Shown in pieces: positions 24,896 through 37,570 of a DNA stretch of 64,000 nt. Each line of letters starts with the position of its first letter. Within the stretch, counting starts at the first letter, position 1. The notes below the pieces were generated by a model that was not told the DNA's origin, did not search any database, and worked only from the letters and a program-made list of their open reading frames with translations. The DNA lies in assembly GCA_001179505.1 (NCBI GenBank), contig CDMY01000397.1, positions 1 to 64,000 of the forward strand, given 5' to 3'. The position numbers and the translations under genes are program-made. This DNA comes from Vitrella brassicaformis CCMP3155 (lineage: Eukaryota > Protista > Chromerida).

Positions 24896-27414
24896 ATGCA
24901 AGCCCACGCGTCGCCGATGAGCGCCACCGCTGCTGCAGCAGCATCAGCATCGGAAGCATCAGCACAGGCGACGTCTGCTGCTGCTGCTGCAGCTGCTGCA
25001 GCTGTTGGGTCTGCACCATTAGCCCAGGTACGAATGCACCATCACCATGCATCGTACTTGGACGGACTCCTCTGTATCGTGTTGCTGCCTTGGCCGACCA
25101 GCAGCCACCTGCCGACGCCCCTTCTCGCACGCACGACAGCCGCCCACACTCTGTCGGCTGTCGCCTCATCAGCCGCCCTGATGGCGTCGCCCTGTCAATC
25201 GCAGCTGCGGCCTCATCAGCTGCCTCTGGGGCGGCACCAGCGGTCGAGCAGACGACACCAGGGATGGTCCTGGCGGGGCTGCTGGGGTCGCAGGAGCACC
25301 AGCCGCAGCTACAGATAGAGGAAGGGACAGTAGATCGTCCGGTAGGTACACATTGACGCACTGAATGGGCAGCCAGACACTCTCACATGGATCCATGTGG
25401 GTGCCCTGCTTGGTCTCACATGTGTGCAGGTGTCAGGTCTCACGCATCTCCCCGTCAGCTCGCCCCCTCTGCCCGCCGCCCAGCCGCCCTCTCTGCACGA
25501 GGCATTCCCACCACCACCACCAGCAGCGTCATCAGCAGCTGCATCTGCATCAGTATCACCATCAGCATCACCATCACCGGCAGTGGCTGAGCGGGCGCGG
25601 GACGTGCTGCCTCCCGCCGGAGGGATACTAGCTGAGGTATGCACGCATACAGGCAGAAGAGAAAGGCGCCGCATTCATGGAAGCGCTTTTTTGCGTTGTT
25701 TGATGCAGGACCGTGACATTGGGGGGCCCGCGGCTGCAGCGGCAGCTGCTTGGGAGGGGCTGTCGAGCGGCATGGATTTCCTTCTTGAAGCGGCGGACCC
25801 TCCAGGTGACAGCTTGGAGGCTGCGCTGTACCAGATGGAGCACATGATAGGTAGACAAGGCAAGACAAGGCAAGCCACACGCTGGCAGCCACACCTGTCG
25901 TATGTATCTCGCCTCTGCAGAGGGTATCATTCGTTGCTGCGGGCCCCCCCAGATGGCCAAGACGCACAGCAGGTAATCCCCTGTACAGAACCGGGATATA
26001 TCCCGATACAGATCATCTGTGCGCTGTTCCTCGCTCACAACAGGCGGGTCCGAGCATCACTGGACCGGTTGCTGGGGGACCTCCAGACATACACACACTA
26101 CTCCATGTAAGTAGACGGATCAGCGAGCGTACGATGGACGTAAAAAGTCAAATTTCATCATTGCATCAATCAGGTGTCGGCTTCTGTGTCTGCTGCTGCT
26201 TCTGCTGCTGCCGGCCTCCTTCACGCTCAGCCGTTGCCGTCCTCCGCCCACCAAGAAGGAACGCTCAACATGCCCACTCACCCCCGCCCACCGCACCGCC
26301 CCCCATTCCGACCACCCACACCCTTCGCGTCACACCGCCCTGCTGTCGTGCCCTTCGCCAATGCGCCGATCGCTCTGCGGCCTCGATCCTCGCTTGGCCC
26401 CGGCGTGGGCCGCCCCGCACTCACCCCAGCACAACCCTCACCACCACCACCAGCATCAGCAGGGGCGTCAGCATCACCGGCAGTGGTGGAGCTGCCACCG
26501 AGGGACGGGCCGTCGCCGGTCGGAGGGATACGGGATGAGGTATGCACGCATACACGGGCCGAAAAGAAATGGCCCGCATTCATTCATGGATGCGTTTCTT
26601 GCGTCGTGATGCAGGAGTGTGTGGGCCCGGCGTCGGCCGAGTTGCAGTCTCTGCACACGATGCTCAGGAGCTTGGCGACTGCGTCTGGTCCTGTACAGGC
26701 TACCGGCTCCAACGCGGCACTGGATCAGATGGGCCTCACGATAGGTAAGCCAAAGCCAAGCCGGCGGTGCGATGAGCTGTCTCATACCCTCCCTGTCCCG
26801 GTGTCTGTGCAGCTGGCATGGCGGAGAGGTGCACGCTCACGGGGCATCAGAACCTGGTACATAGAGCAATAGTAATCCAATCAACACATGCAGCCCTCGG
26901 CCCGCCATCTCTGTGTCGATGTGTGGTTCACTCACTGCAGACTGGCGCGGCCACGGCAGCCATCGCCGCGCCATCGAACGTGCCTGTAAGCAGATGGATG
27001 AAGGCCTAATTGATGCATCCAAAGATGTCGTTCGTCGTCGATCGATGTGTGCATCGGTCTGTGCCTCAGGTGGCAGCACCGGTGTCTGCTTCTGCTCCCG
27101 GCTTCTCATTCTCCCCTATGCCGTACCAGGCCCCTCACCTCCGCCCGCCAGCCTTCACATATCACCACACTGCTGCCATGCCGCACCCGCCGTCGGCACC
27201 GCCTCCTGCAGTGGTCCTCCCCGCCCCATCCCCAGCCGCAGCACATGTGAGAGTGATGCCAAACCAAGTACCACTGCAGTACCCGACGCATCACGGCATC
27301 CCCGGGCCGGGGGGGCACCCGATGCCGCCGCCGGGCAACACAGCTGGGCGGACCACCAGAGGGGCGTGCCCGTGGGCGACGCATGGCAGAATTGGACAGG
27401 GGGACGTGCAGTGA
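24896..27414 (+). CDS. Low-complexity Ala/Pro-rich hypothetical protein with two internal repeated exon modules
   Basis: ATG 24896. Modules at ~25440-25970 and ~26174-26860 share PSPAV...GGI(L/R)(A/D)E|intron and AAL(Y/D)QM..(M/T)IG|intron. Pro/His-rich last exon ends GRIGQGDVQ-TGA at 27414. Could be two genes. Confidence 0.5.
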
Positions 27415-27876
27415 CAGGGGTGAGGCGACTCACTCACTGACTGACTGACTGACTGACTGATCGGGTGGGGGGTGGAGAGAAAGAGGCTATACGTAGACAC
27501 TCATGTTGGTAGCTATGACAGGGTGAATTGGATGGATGGATGGACTCATGAGTCAGAATTGGACCTTCCTCGCATAGATTGACTGACTCATTGACTGACT
27601 GACTGACTGCCTGGCTGATCGAGTTGCCAGCACCGCACGCAGGCTGACTGACTGGGTGGTTGGGTGGGGTCTCCACCAGCATGAATGTCTGTCTACGTCG
27701 GTTCACAGGGATGTAATGGCTATTACATACTTGTGTGAACCGACGTAGACAGACAATCATGCTGGTGGAGATGGGGTTGTGCATAGATGGATGGATGGAT
27801 GGATGGGGGAGGGTGCGGGATCGAGCACCTGGCCGTGGCGGGCGGCCATTATATTTACTAATCGAAATTTACGAGA

Positions 27877-29267
27877 TGGAGGAGAATCCTCCTGGGCAGC
27901 AGGAGAACACCAACGAGGACACCGACCGCATCCAGCCCGCCAACGCCGACCAGGACGCACCAACGATGGCCGCCGCGCCATCCCGGAGTTCTTCGCCGCG
28001 CGAGCGCGAATACTAGCAGCAGGAGGTAGAGGGCAGTGCGCGGGTGGTCCAGCTGGGCGAGGAGGATGCTGCGTCGGCTTCGGGGTCTGGTGCCGCGCAG
28101 GTGTTCGATATGCACGCCGACGGGGAGCACAAGTTCAACCTAGACGGTAGGGTGGCCACAGAAAGGCAGGAGGAGGGTTTCTATGGACATATTTTCCATC
28201 TTTGTGGGTGCGCATGGGTGTGCAGCCGACACCACAGGTGCCCGATGCCTCACATCGCAGCAGTTCAAGGACTTCTTCAACAAGAAGGGTACGGAGGGAG
28301 GATGCTACCGACACGCCACACGCCTCCATAACTGCACCACACCGCACTCATCCTTCATCCACTTGTGTGTATGGGTGCGGTGCAGTGGCGGGGTTCACCT
28401 CCGAGACCTGGAGAAGTTCTACCAGCTCATGCATATCAAGGCCGCGGAGCAGCCGGAGGGCGCTGCTGCCGCTGCCGCTGCTGCTGGTGCGTCGGGCGAC
28501 GGTGTGGACTTCGAGGAGTTCGTGAACTTCTTCGCGCCGCCGGCGGACAGCAACGGCAACAACCCCGTGCGCAGCGTGTCCGACAACATGAAGACACTCA
28601 AGGAGGAGATGAACAGTAAGCACCCCAGCCCACCCCATCCCCACAACAACACAACATACCACACCGCACCGCACCACCCTCCTCTCTCCCCCCCTGTTGT
28701 TTTCTTCCTTTGCAGAGTTCGTGGCTCAGTCGCAGTCCATCCTCGGCACCACCGGTGCGACCGCGACGGCCACCGAGGCCCAGAAGGACCAGGAGGGCCA
28801 GGAGGGCGGCAACAAGGAGATCGTGGAGGACGGCGACCAGCGGCAACAGCAGATGGAGGAGGGACAGGGGCATGGTGAGGGCGAAGGTGAGGAGGGCGAT
28901 AGCAGTGGTGACGGTACAGTAACTGCCGCGGCTGGGGGCGACGGTATCGAGGGTGGCGAGGGGGGAGCTGGTGTGGGCGACGGCGAGGAGGGTAACGAGG
29001 CTGAGGGTGAGAGGGGCGACCCGGCCATGATTCTGCGCAAGAAACTGTTCCTGCACCGCGTCTACGCACTGTAAGCCACACGACACACACACACACACAC
29101 ACAAGAGAAGGGCTAGGGATGGGTGTGGGGGATGAGGGGAAGGACCATCCATCTGTGTGTGTGTGTTGATGTGTGGCATGTGTGCAGGATGATGATAGAA
29201 CGGTTTGAGGAGGCCGTCACCCAGCTGCGTGGCGTCAACTTCGAGCTCACCAACCACACCAGGAAGA
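27877..29267 (+). CDS. Degenerate EF-hand, acidic protein; in-frame TAG near the 5' end; 3' end runs into the assembly gap
   Basis: EF-like segments FNLDG|ARCLTSQQFKDFF and ASGDGVDFEEFVNFF; Glu/Gly-rich exon; helical MIERFEEAVTQLRG. TAG at 28014-28016 interrupts an otherwise continuous frame. Confidence 0.5.
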
Positions 29268-29308
29268 TAGGTATCCAGCTGCCCACCCCCCCCCCCCCCC
29301 CCCCCCCC

Positions 29309-29608
29309 NNNNNNNNNNNNNNNNNNNNNNNNNNNNNNNNNNNNNNNNNNNNNNNNNNNNNNNNNNNNNNNNNNNNNNNNNNNNNNNNNNNNNNNNNNNN
29401 NNNNNNNNNNNNNNNNNNNNNNNNNNNNNNNNNNNNNNNNNNNNNNNNNNNNNNNNNNNNNNNNNNNNNNNNNNNNNNNNNNNNNNNNNNNNNNNNNNNN
29501 NNNNNNNNNNNNNNNNNNNNNNNNNNNNNNNNNNNNNNNNNNNNNNNNNNNNNNNNNNNNNNNNNNNNNNNNNNNNNNNNNNNNNNNNNNNNNNNNNNNN
29601 NNNNNNNN
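29309..29608. other. Assembly gap (300 N) flanked by poly-C tracts
   Basis: N run with roughly 23-24 C on each side. Confidence 0.99.
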
Positions 29609-29659
29609 CCCCCCCCCCCCCCCCCCCCCCCCTGAGACACACACAAAACCAAAACACCA

Positions 29660-30562
29660 TGGCCTGTCTGACCGTCCGTTCTCATCTCGTTCGTGCGTTC
29701 AGACGGTTTTGACGAGTTGCCGTGTGAAAACCCTCTGCCCGCCGCCCAGCCGCCCAGCGTGGGTTTCCTCCTTCTCCAATCGACGCTCAAGAGTTTGGCG
29801 GGTGGAGCTGCCACCGGCATCAACGAAGCATTAGATCAGATGTACCAGATGATAGGTAAGCCAAAGCCAAGCCGGCGAGCGCTGCGATGACCTGTCTCAC
29901 CCTCCCCGTCTCGGCCTCTGTGCAGCTGGGATAATGGAGACATACACGCTCCCGCCGGATCAAAACCTGGTACACCAATCGACATACAGCCCTGCACGCC
30001 ATCTCTGTGTTAATATGTCGTTCACTCACTGCAGACTGGCGCGGCCACGGCAGCCATCGCCGCGCCATCGAGCGTGCCTGTAAGTAGATCGATGAAGACC
30101 TAATTGATGCATCCAAAGATGTCGTTCGTCGTCGATCGATGTGTGCATCGGTCTGTGCCTCAGGTGGCGGCACCGGTGTCTGCTGCCGCTCCCGGCTTCT
30201 CATTCTCCGCTATGCCGTACCAGGCCCCTCACCTCCGCCCGCCCCCCTCCTTAGCGCCCCCAGTGAGGCCTAACACACCCAGCTACATCTGCCCGCCGCC
30301 CTTCACATACCACCACACTGCTGCCATGCCGCACCCGCCGTCGGCACCGCCTCCTGCAGTGGTCCTCCCCGCCCCATCCCCAGCCCCAGCACATGTGATG
30401 ATGATGCCAAACCAAGCACCACTGCAGTACCCGACGCATCACGGCATCCCCGGGCCGGGGGGGCACCCGATGCCGCCGCCGGGCAACACACCTGGGCGGA
30501 CCACCAGAGGGGCGTGCCCGTGGGCGACGCATGGCAGAATTGGACAGGGGGGCGGGCAGTGA
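29660..30562 (+). CDS. Paralog (3' part) of the 24896-27414 Ala/Pro-rich gene
   Basis: GINEALDQMYQMIG|, TGAATAAIAAPS and the final exon VAAPVSAAAPGFSF...GRIGQGGGQ-stop are near-identical to 26740-27414, including introns and the downstream GACT repeats; 5' end lies at or in the gap. Confidence 0.55.
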
Positions 30563-31367
30563 CAGGGGTGAGGCGACTCACTCACTGACTGACTGACTGA
30601 CTGAACGACTCACTGACTGATCGGGTGTGTCAGACAGGCCGAACTGAGTTTCTTTTGATGGCCGTGGCTTCGCGCAAGCGATGGCTTTCTTTGCACCCAT
30701 CAGCTTAGACTCCCTTTTCGTTCGTTCTGTGTGTGTGCGCTGGTCTGCCCGTCTCTCTCCGTGTGGTTTGTTGTCATGCATTCGCATCGACGGCGTTGTT
30801 CTGCTGTTTGTCTCCGCGCCCCCTGCACATGAGGCAGGCAGCAGAATGACGCCAACGAATGAAAATGCGGTGACACACCACATGGGACGAGGAAGCCCCA
30901 CACGCAACATGGGCGGGTGAGTGGATGATGACTGTCGATGGACGCTACATGACTGTGTGTGTGTGATGGACCGTGTGTGTCAAGAGGAATCATCGAGATG
31001 AGAGTGCCCCGGTGTTGTCTGTACAGCCTCACACGTATGGATACGTGCAGCACGCCACACGCACACAAGTCCGTCGATAAAGGGATTCATTCCATCGGCT
31101 GGCTATAGACATGAAGACACACACAGACTTAGATGGATAGAATCCTCTTCGATGGCTTAAATGCACCCGCCGCCCCCAATTGGCCAAAAGAGACACTGTG
31201 CGCACACCGACAGCCAAAAACGAGTCGCCGCCTCCCATACACACACACGGACGCCATGTGTGTTTGTGCATCGTCGGTGAAAAGAAATCGGCTATTCGAC
31301 GTGTCAATGCACCTCAGACACGTCTATCACACAAACACACGTTTGCCTGTCTCTCTCTCAGCAGCTG

Positions 31368-33859
31368 TCACGTCGATCGTGAGTCCATCATGACAGAGGC
31401 GACGGCACTCACCCACTGCCACCCAGCAGACGGCTGCACATACACACAGGGAGATGGATCATTCATCGTGTGTGTCTTTCCTTCTCTTTCTGACCTGCAG
31501 TGTGAAGATCTCCATGTCGGCAGCCGTGAAGTTGAAGCTGGAGGCCAGCCACACGCGGCCCTTGTTGTCGGTGGTCCCGATGTACTTCTTGTCGGCCGGT
31601 AGCTCCTCCTTCTTCTCCCACTGCTGGCAGCTGCGAACATCGGCTGCCGAGCCGTGATAGCCGATCCCCAGCCACAGGCGGCCAGGAGAATCGTCGGTCA
31701 TGTCACCGATGCACACTATGGCGACTGGCTCACCGTTTCTGTCCTGGACCGCCCCCTGTGTGCCCGCCACCCTCACGTCCTGCTTGTCCTGTGGCAGCTC
31801 GATCTTGGTGATGCCGTTGCCCTCAAACGCACCACGCACCGAGAAGAGCGACACAGCGCAGGGGGTCGTCGCCACTGCGGTGGGGTCGGCGGGCGAGGTG
31901 AGACCGCCCTCGATGTGGGAGGCGATGATGGGGCCGCCGAGGTCTTTGAGGAGCAGCAGGAGGTCGGTGGCATCGCCCACATTCTTGAACATGGCCTCGG
32001 GCTCCCAGCCGTCACGCTCACCCCTGAAACACAGACAGGCAGACAGACAGACCAAGGCAGCCAGCAAGGGGATATCATTCACGAGGCACCAACAGCCTCC
32101 CTGTCTGTCTGTCGTCGGTTGCTCACTTGTACAGTAGGTGAGGGGTCGCATCCGTCTTGCCGGTGGCGTCGACGAGTGCTCGCAGGTCAGCCTCAGACAG
32201 GATGGGGTCGGCCGGCCGGCACAGCACTCCACACCTGCACAGAGAGAGCACAAAGGTCTCATGATACCCCACCCCCACCCAGATCTCAAATGCCTCGCTG
32301 GCTGACCTGGAAGACCTCCACCCGCTGGGCGGTGAAGTTGTGGGTCTTGCCCAATTTCCTGTTGCCCGGTAGCTCCTTCTTCTTCACCCACTGGCTGCAG
32401 TTGAGAAGGTCGTCAGTCGGGCCGTGCTCGCCATTCCCCAGCCACAGACGGCCGCCAGCGATGCACATTTTGCCCCAGGGCTCACCGTTCTTGTCCGTCA
32501 CCGCCCCCCGTGTGCCCGCCGCCCACACGAAGTGCTCGTCGTGGAGCAGGTCGATCTTGGTGATGCCCTCCTCAAACGCACCGCACACTGAGAAGAGCGA
32601 CACGGGGCAGCCGAAGTACAGCTGACACGTGGGGTCGGCTGGCAGCTGCAGCTTGGTGTCGGCGAAGACTGCGATGGTGTTGGTGTCGTCACACTTGATG
32701 ACGAAAAGGAGGCCGCGCCGCCCCAGCACACGCTGCATCATGTTCGCATACGACGAGCCGTGCAGCGAACTCCTGACACACACACAGACCACACACAGAC
32801 ACCCCAGACGGGCAAAGGCACAATCGCATAGAGAATGGCGCGATGCCCTTCGTTTGTCTGCTCTCACTTGAAGATGCAGGTTTTGTTGGGTTGTTTCTTG
32901 CCGATCATTATGAGGAGGGTCTGCATGACGTCGTTGGCGAGATGTTGGGGTACATGGCCTCAAGGACGCCGTACATCTCACTCACACGGACCAGCTCATC
33001 CTGGTCAGCACACGAGGGCGGCGGGACGACGGCGCCATCGGGGGAGAGGCGACACCGACGAGCGAAGTCGGCGATCCTGAAAACACCAACATGCGCTCTC
33101 TTCAAGTTGCCTGTGGTGGTTGTCTGGGTGCTTGCAGGTCGAAGTGGTGGGCCGACACATCGACAATGGGAGTGCGACCATACCTGCCCACGCGACACAC
33201 AAGGGAGGCATGAAGACATCCATCCAATCATCCCCACAAGAGCCTGTCTTCTCACTTGGTGAATCGGTCGTTGAGTGTGTCGAAGTCGGCCAGCGTGGCA
33301 TCGGTGGTCGCCACTGTGCGGCCGTCCACAGTCACACTGAGCACCTCCGCCCCTCCCCTGCCGCCCCGGACGGCCGACGACTTGATGAACATGCCCATCA
33401 TGGCAATGAAGCTGTTGAATGCCGATTGGCTCTCGCTGTCCTCAGTAGGTTTGTCGATGGCGATGGGCGACTCGGCGAAGAAAATGCCGTGGTAGAAGGG
33501 GATGGGCTGCACCGCGTCGAAGATCTTGATCTCGTCGACCCACCCATGCTTCAAACGGCAGAGCTTCTCACCCAACCTGACACGCAGACAACCAACACAC
33601 ACACACAGCCAGCAGTGAGTGAATGAGTGAATGAGTGAATGAGTGTCATTGGCTGCATGCTCCCCTCGTCCCACCAGGAGAAGTAGAGTGGGTATGCGTC
33701 GATGAACAGAGTCCCGTCGGCATCCTGGAGCATCCACTCGTCGAACCGGTGGAGCAGCACCGCCACACACGTGCCCCGCAGCCCCTTGCGCAGCAGCACG
33801 CCACTCGGGAACGTCATGGCAAAGCCGCCGACATTGATCTGCATCACGCCGCCACTCAT
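31368..33859 (-). CDS. BTB/POZ (K-channel tetramerisation-like) protein with two TLDc-like domains; apparent frameshift near 32940
   Basis: N-terminal MQINVGGFAMTFP...FIDAYPLYFSW (T1/BTB-like). Two homologous C-terminal units, each with SLFSV(C/R)GAFE-GITKI(D/E)L, GRLWLG and (H/F)NFTA..(V/M)E(V/I)F (TLDc-like ending). The first unit begins CIFK|SSLHG. Confidence 0.72.
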
Positions 33860-34209
33860 GCTGCCTCTGTGCCCTTGCTGCTCGTCGATGATGACGCCTG
33901 CATGTGACGGGATGCCGATCAGACAAGAAGATAAATCACGAGACGATCTCGTGTGCTGGTGGAGCTGGGGACGCAAAGCACTCTCGCTCCACCCGGCGGA
34001 TGGACGACGGGCCGACGGGCGGATGGAAATCTGAGCTTGCACGATCGCGAATCACTGGGCAAACTGGAGAGATGATATGACAAGTCGTCGCCGTCGTTGA
34101 TCAATCTGCATTGGAGTGAGTTGGATTTGTTTTCATCATCATTGCAATCAGCCGCAAGCGAGATCTCGGCGAGGGGAAGGGGAGCAGGGAGCATCAGAGC
34201 GCCATTGAG

Positions 34210-35982
34210 ATGCTCAAGACAAAGCGGCTGCTGCCAATCCTGCTCTCTGCCCTCGTAGCCGTCTTCGTCTTTGCCCGCTGCGGCGTGGCGACGCTGAGGT
34301 CCATCAGCAGCTCATCTGCCGTGGGTAAGTATGCGATGAACACAAAAGCGCGATGTGCCTGTCTGGCTCATTATGTCTGTTGCTTGGGTGTGCTTGTTCA
34401 ATCCAGGTGACAGTGTGGCGGCTCGTCAACTGGTAGCTGTTGTGGCGGTGTGCCGACACGGCGCCCGATCCCCCATAGATTTCTTTGCCAATGATGAGAA
34501 TACTGCTGCGGTAAGCTAATGGCCGTGCACGCGGAGAGAACAGGTGACCGACAAGTGCGATTGTCTGTCCCTGTTGTCCGTCTGTGGTTCACACAGACGT
34601 GGCCGATGGGTCGAGGATTCCTGACGCCACTCGGTGTGCGGCAGATGTTCCTGCTCGGGGCAGCTCTGAGGCATCGCTATGTGGACAAGCACCAGCTGCT
34701 CAGTCCATCGTACACGCGGCAAGAGGTGTTTGTGAGATCCACTGCTAAGCTGAGGACGGTGCAGAGCGCTTCGGCACTGATGATGGGGATGTTCCCGGCG
34801 CCCCAGCGTGTGTGGCAGCTCAACGAAGACCAGGCATCGTCTCACGCCGCCCTGCCACCGATGTTAGTAGGAGAGGAGCGATACGACGGCCCCTTCGACG
34901 TGAGCTCTGTCTTGGATCATCTCGGCGACTCGGCCCTCCCATTCATGCAGACCGCCGTACCTGTCCTGTCGCTCGGTCTGTCCTCCGACCACCTCCTGCT
35001 TGGCTTTGAGGTGAGGGGGCACCAAGGCGACTTCTGTCTGCTCGTCCCAGCTTCTCTCTGTCTCTGTGTGCAGCCCAATACGTGTCCGCCGTTATCCAAG
35101 GTAATGGACGAGCTGCTAAACGACGAGGAGGCCAAGGCAGCCAACGCCAAGTGGCTGCAGGAGATCAACGAGGCCCACACTCGCTTCGACACACGGCCGG
35201 ACGCGTTTGGTCTGGGTGCTCTCGGCGACACATTAGCCTGCGAGAAAGCGGATGGCCGGCAGCTCCCTGTGAGCGAAGACTCAGCCTTATACCGCGCAGC
35301 GATTGAGGCCAAGGACTTCGGAATCTCGCACTTGAACGGCCACCCCACCATCGCCCAGATCGGCGCCACCCCTTTCTACTCTGTCTTGGTGGACATACTG
35401 TCGAGCAAAGCGCAGACGGGCAAGATGAAGATATCCGATGCGGCCAGCCCCTTTCTCGGCACACCAGAGCTACACGAAGACACCAGATTCGTGCTCCTTT
35501 CGGCCCACGACTCGACCATCAGCAACTTGCTTGGGTTTATCGGTCTGAACGACGGCAAGCAGCCCCCCTTCGCCTCTCTGCTGGCTTTCGAGCTGTGGAG
35601 GGAGCCATCGGGAGAGTTCACTGTGTCGGTCCTCTACAATGCGGCAGAAAAGCCGGTGCCCGGTTGCTCGAGCGATCCCTGTTCGCTGGAGGCCTTCCAG
35701 CGCATAGTTGATGACAAGAAGGTGCCAGGGGGCTACCTCCCCTACTGCGGGAAGGAGACTTCGTCGGCCGCGTCAGGCGATGCGGGGAGGGGCATCCAGG
35801 CCGCCCCCGCGAGACGCCTGGGACAGCCCGAGGAGACGGACGACATGGAGAGTGGCGATGCACACGATGAGCTGCTGCAGCTGCATGACGGCAGGCGGGG
35901 CAGGGTGGCGGGCATGCGATCGCTGGAGCCGTGGCAGGACCTGGCGGCTGAAGAGGGGTCGCCTGAAATGGCCGGCATATAG
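34210..35982 (+). CDS. Histidine acid phosphatase (branch 2), secreted or membrane-anchored
   Basis: Hydrophobic N-terminus LLPILLSALVAVFVF. Catalytic RHGARSP in the exon at ~34454, LTPLGVRQMFLLG, VRSTAKLRTVQSA, LLSAHDSTI (HD motif), PPFASLLAFELW. Confidence 0.93.
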
Positions 35983-36259
35983 TTAGGGCGAATGAGGGGA
36001 GGGGTGCTTTGTGTGTTGCAATGTCGATTTTGTCGTCCCTTTCATGCGGCGAGAGCGACAGTGTACAGAGTTTTGTGGGAGCGTGCGTGTATTTGTCCTA
36101 TGTATGTGTGTGTGTGTGAGGGCCATAGCGCTCAGAACGGACTGCTCGCATCATGATGACGTGATGTGCTGGGCAGATGAGATGGATGAGACATGGGATT
36201 CACGACCTCAAAATTTGACTCACTCAAGGCACGCACTGAATCCTTTGTCCTTTTGTTCC

Positions 36260-37418
36260 CTACGGCCCCACGTGGCGCTTCAGCGCCTGCACGAGCTCCT
36301 GAATGTCGTTGGTCTCCATGTACCGAATGTATGTGAACAGCAACGACCTGACGTAGGCACGGGAACAATCAGTTCATGCACCATCCCACCCATCCCATTT
36401 GTTTCACTATCTACCTGTCTCTGTCTATCTGCCTGGCGTCACTGTGCAGCCTGTCCCGTTCTGCGTCTGTGATCCAGCCGTCCTCGCACAGGGCAGAGAA
36501 GAGCGCAGTCAGGTGACTCCTCCTGCACACATCACACATGACCCCCACAGCACATCGACTCCTCCCTGCCTGTCTGTCTGCGTACAGGAGGAAGTTGTGC
36601 ATTCTTCCCATCGCAGCGGCCCTCTTCTGCTCTGCAGAGACATCATCCGTCCGCACAGACGTGGTCGCCGACGAGGCAGACTGGACGGCCCGCCGGAAGG
36701 GCCCCTCGCCACCATCCCCCTGCCCACGGAAATCGACAGTAATGCGCATCGGCTCTTGTGCCTGTTCGGGTGAGACGGGCGCAGGGGGGGCAGGGGATGG
36801 CTGGGAAGCAACAGTCGGCACATCAGGAGACGCAGGCACGGTCGTTGGCAAGGTTGAAGGAGAGGTCACACGTCTCTCGACGGGCGGCGGTGTGCCGTCA
36901 AGGAACTCCAGCACCCCTTTCCCCTCGATGGATATATGATAGAGGTCGTCCAGTCGCCGTGGCTGGGCCGCCCCAGCGGGTGTGCCGCGGATGGTGCGAT
37001 TGGTGGAGTTCATGTACTTGGGAGTCATGCAATAGGGCAGGTCGTCCTGCTCGAAGGAGGTGCGATGGGGGTGGATTGTGCGAAGCTTCTCTTGGACGGT
37101 GATGGGCAAGGGGTGGTGGAACGAAAAGGTCATATACGACCTTCGATGGGCGGCGGAATATCCGTGGTCACGCGCAGACAGCCCTGTGCGTCCCAAGGAA
37201 GAAAGACACACAGAGAGAGAGTACAATGACAAGGCCTCAAAATGCGAGTGAGTGTTCGCCTTACCGAGAGGGAACTTCTCGAAGGTCTCCTGGTGAGCGT
37301 AGAGAGCACATGCATACAGTACGTTGTCAAAAAGAAAGAACCAGGCAATTCCCACCCATGTCTGTCACTGTGCCGAGCTCACCGAGAATGTTTCGTCCCC
37401 AGAAACGCCGTGACTCAT
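36260..37418 (-). CDS. Hypothetical protein
   Basis: Phase-consistent GT-AG exons MSHGVSGDETFS|ETFEKFPL|GLSARDHG...; long open exon 36590-37190; last exon ...QELVQALKRHVGP-TAG at 36260. No family recognised. Confidence 0.5.
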
Positions 37419-37570
37419 CCCCACTCTGTGCCGTCAGCCCCTCCCTTGACCAGCAGGAAGGCGCAATTAGGGTACTGAAGGGTAGAGCCCGAAAAGGGCG
37501 CGTGAATGGAAGTTGATCTCCGCATGCGCGCCCCCCTTTCCAGCTCGCAGGCCCCCCGTCTTCCCCAACA

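Noticed and set aside
28014-28016. Reassigned genetic code (TAG = Gln)
   Set aside because: TAG ends other genes here (21910, 35980, 36260) and no further in-frame TAG/TAA was seen in long conserved genes such as dynein.
12791-35982. Biosynthetic cluster of APS kinase + glycosyltransferase + acid phosphatase (sulfated glycan pathway)
   Set aside because: The genes are spread over >20 kb and interleaved with unrelated housekeeping genes; no sulfotransferase or ATP sulfurylase seen.
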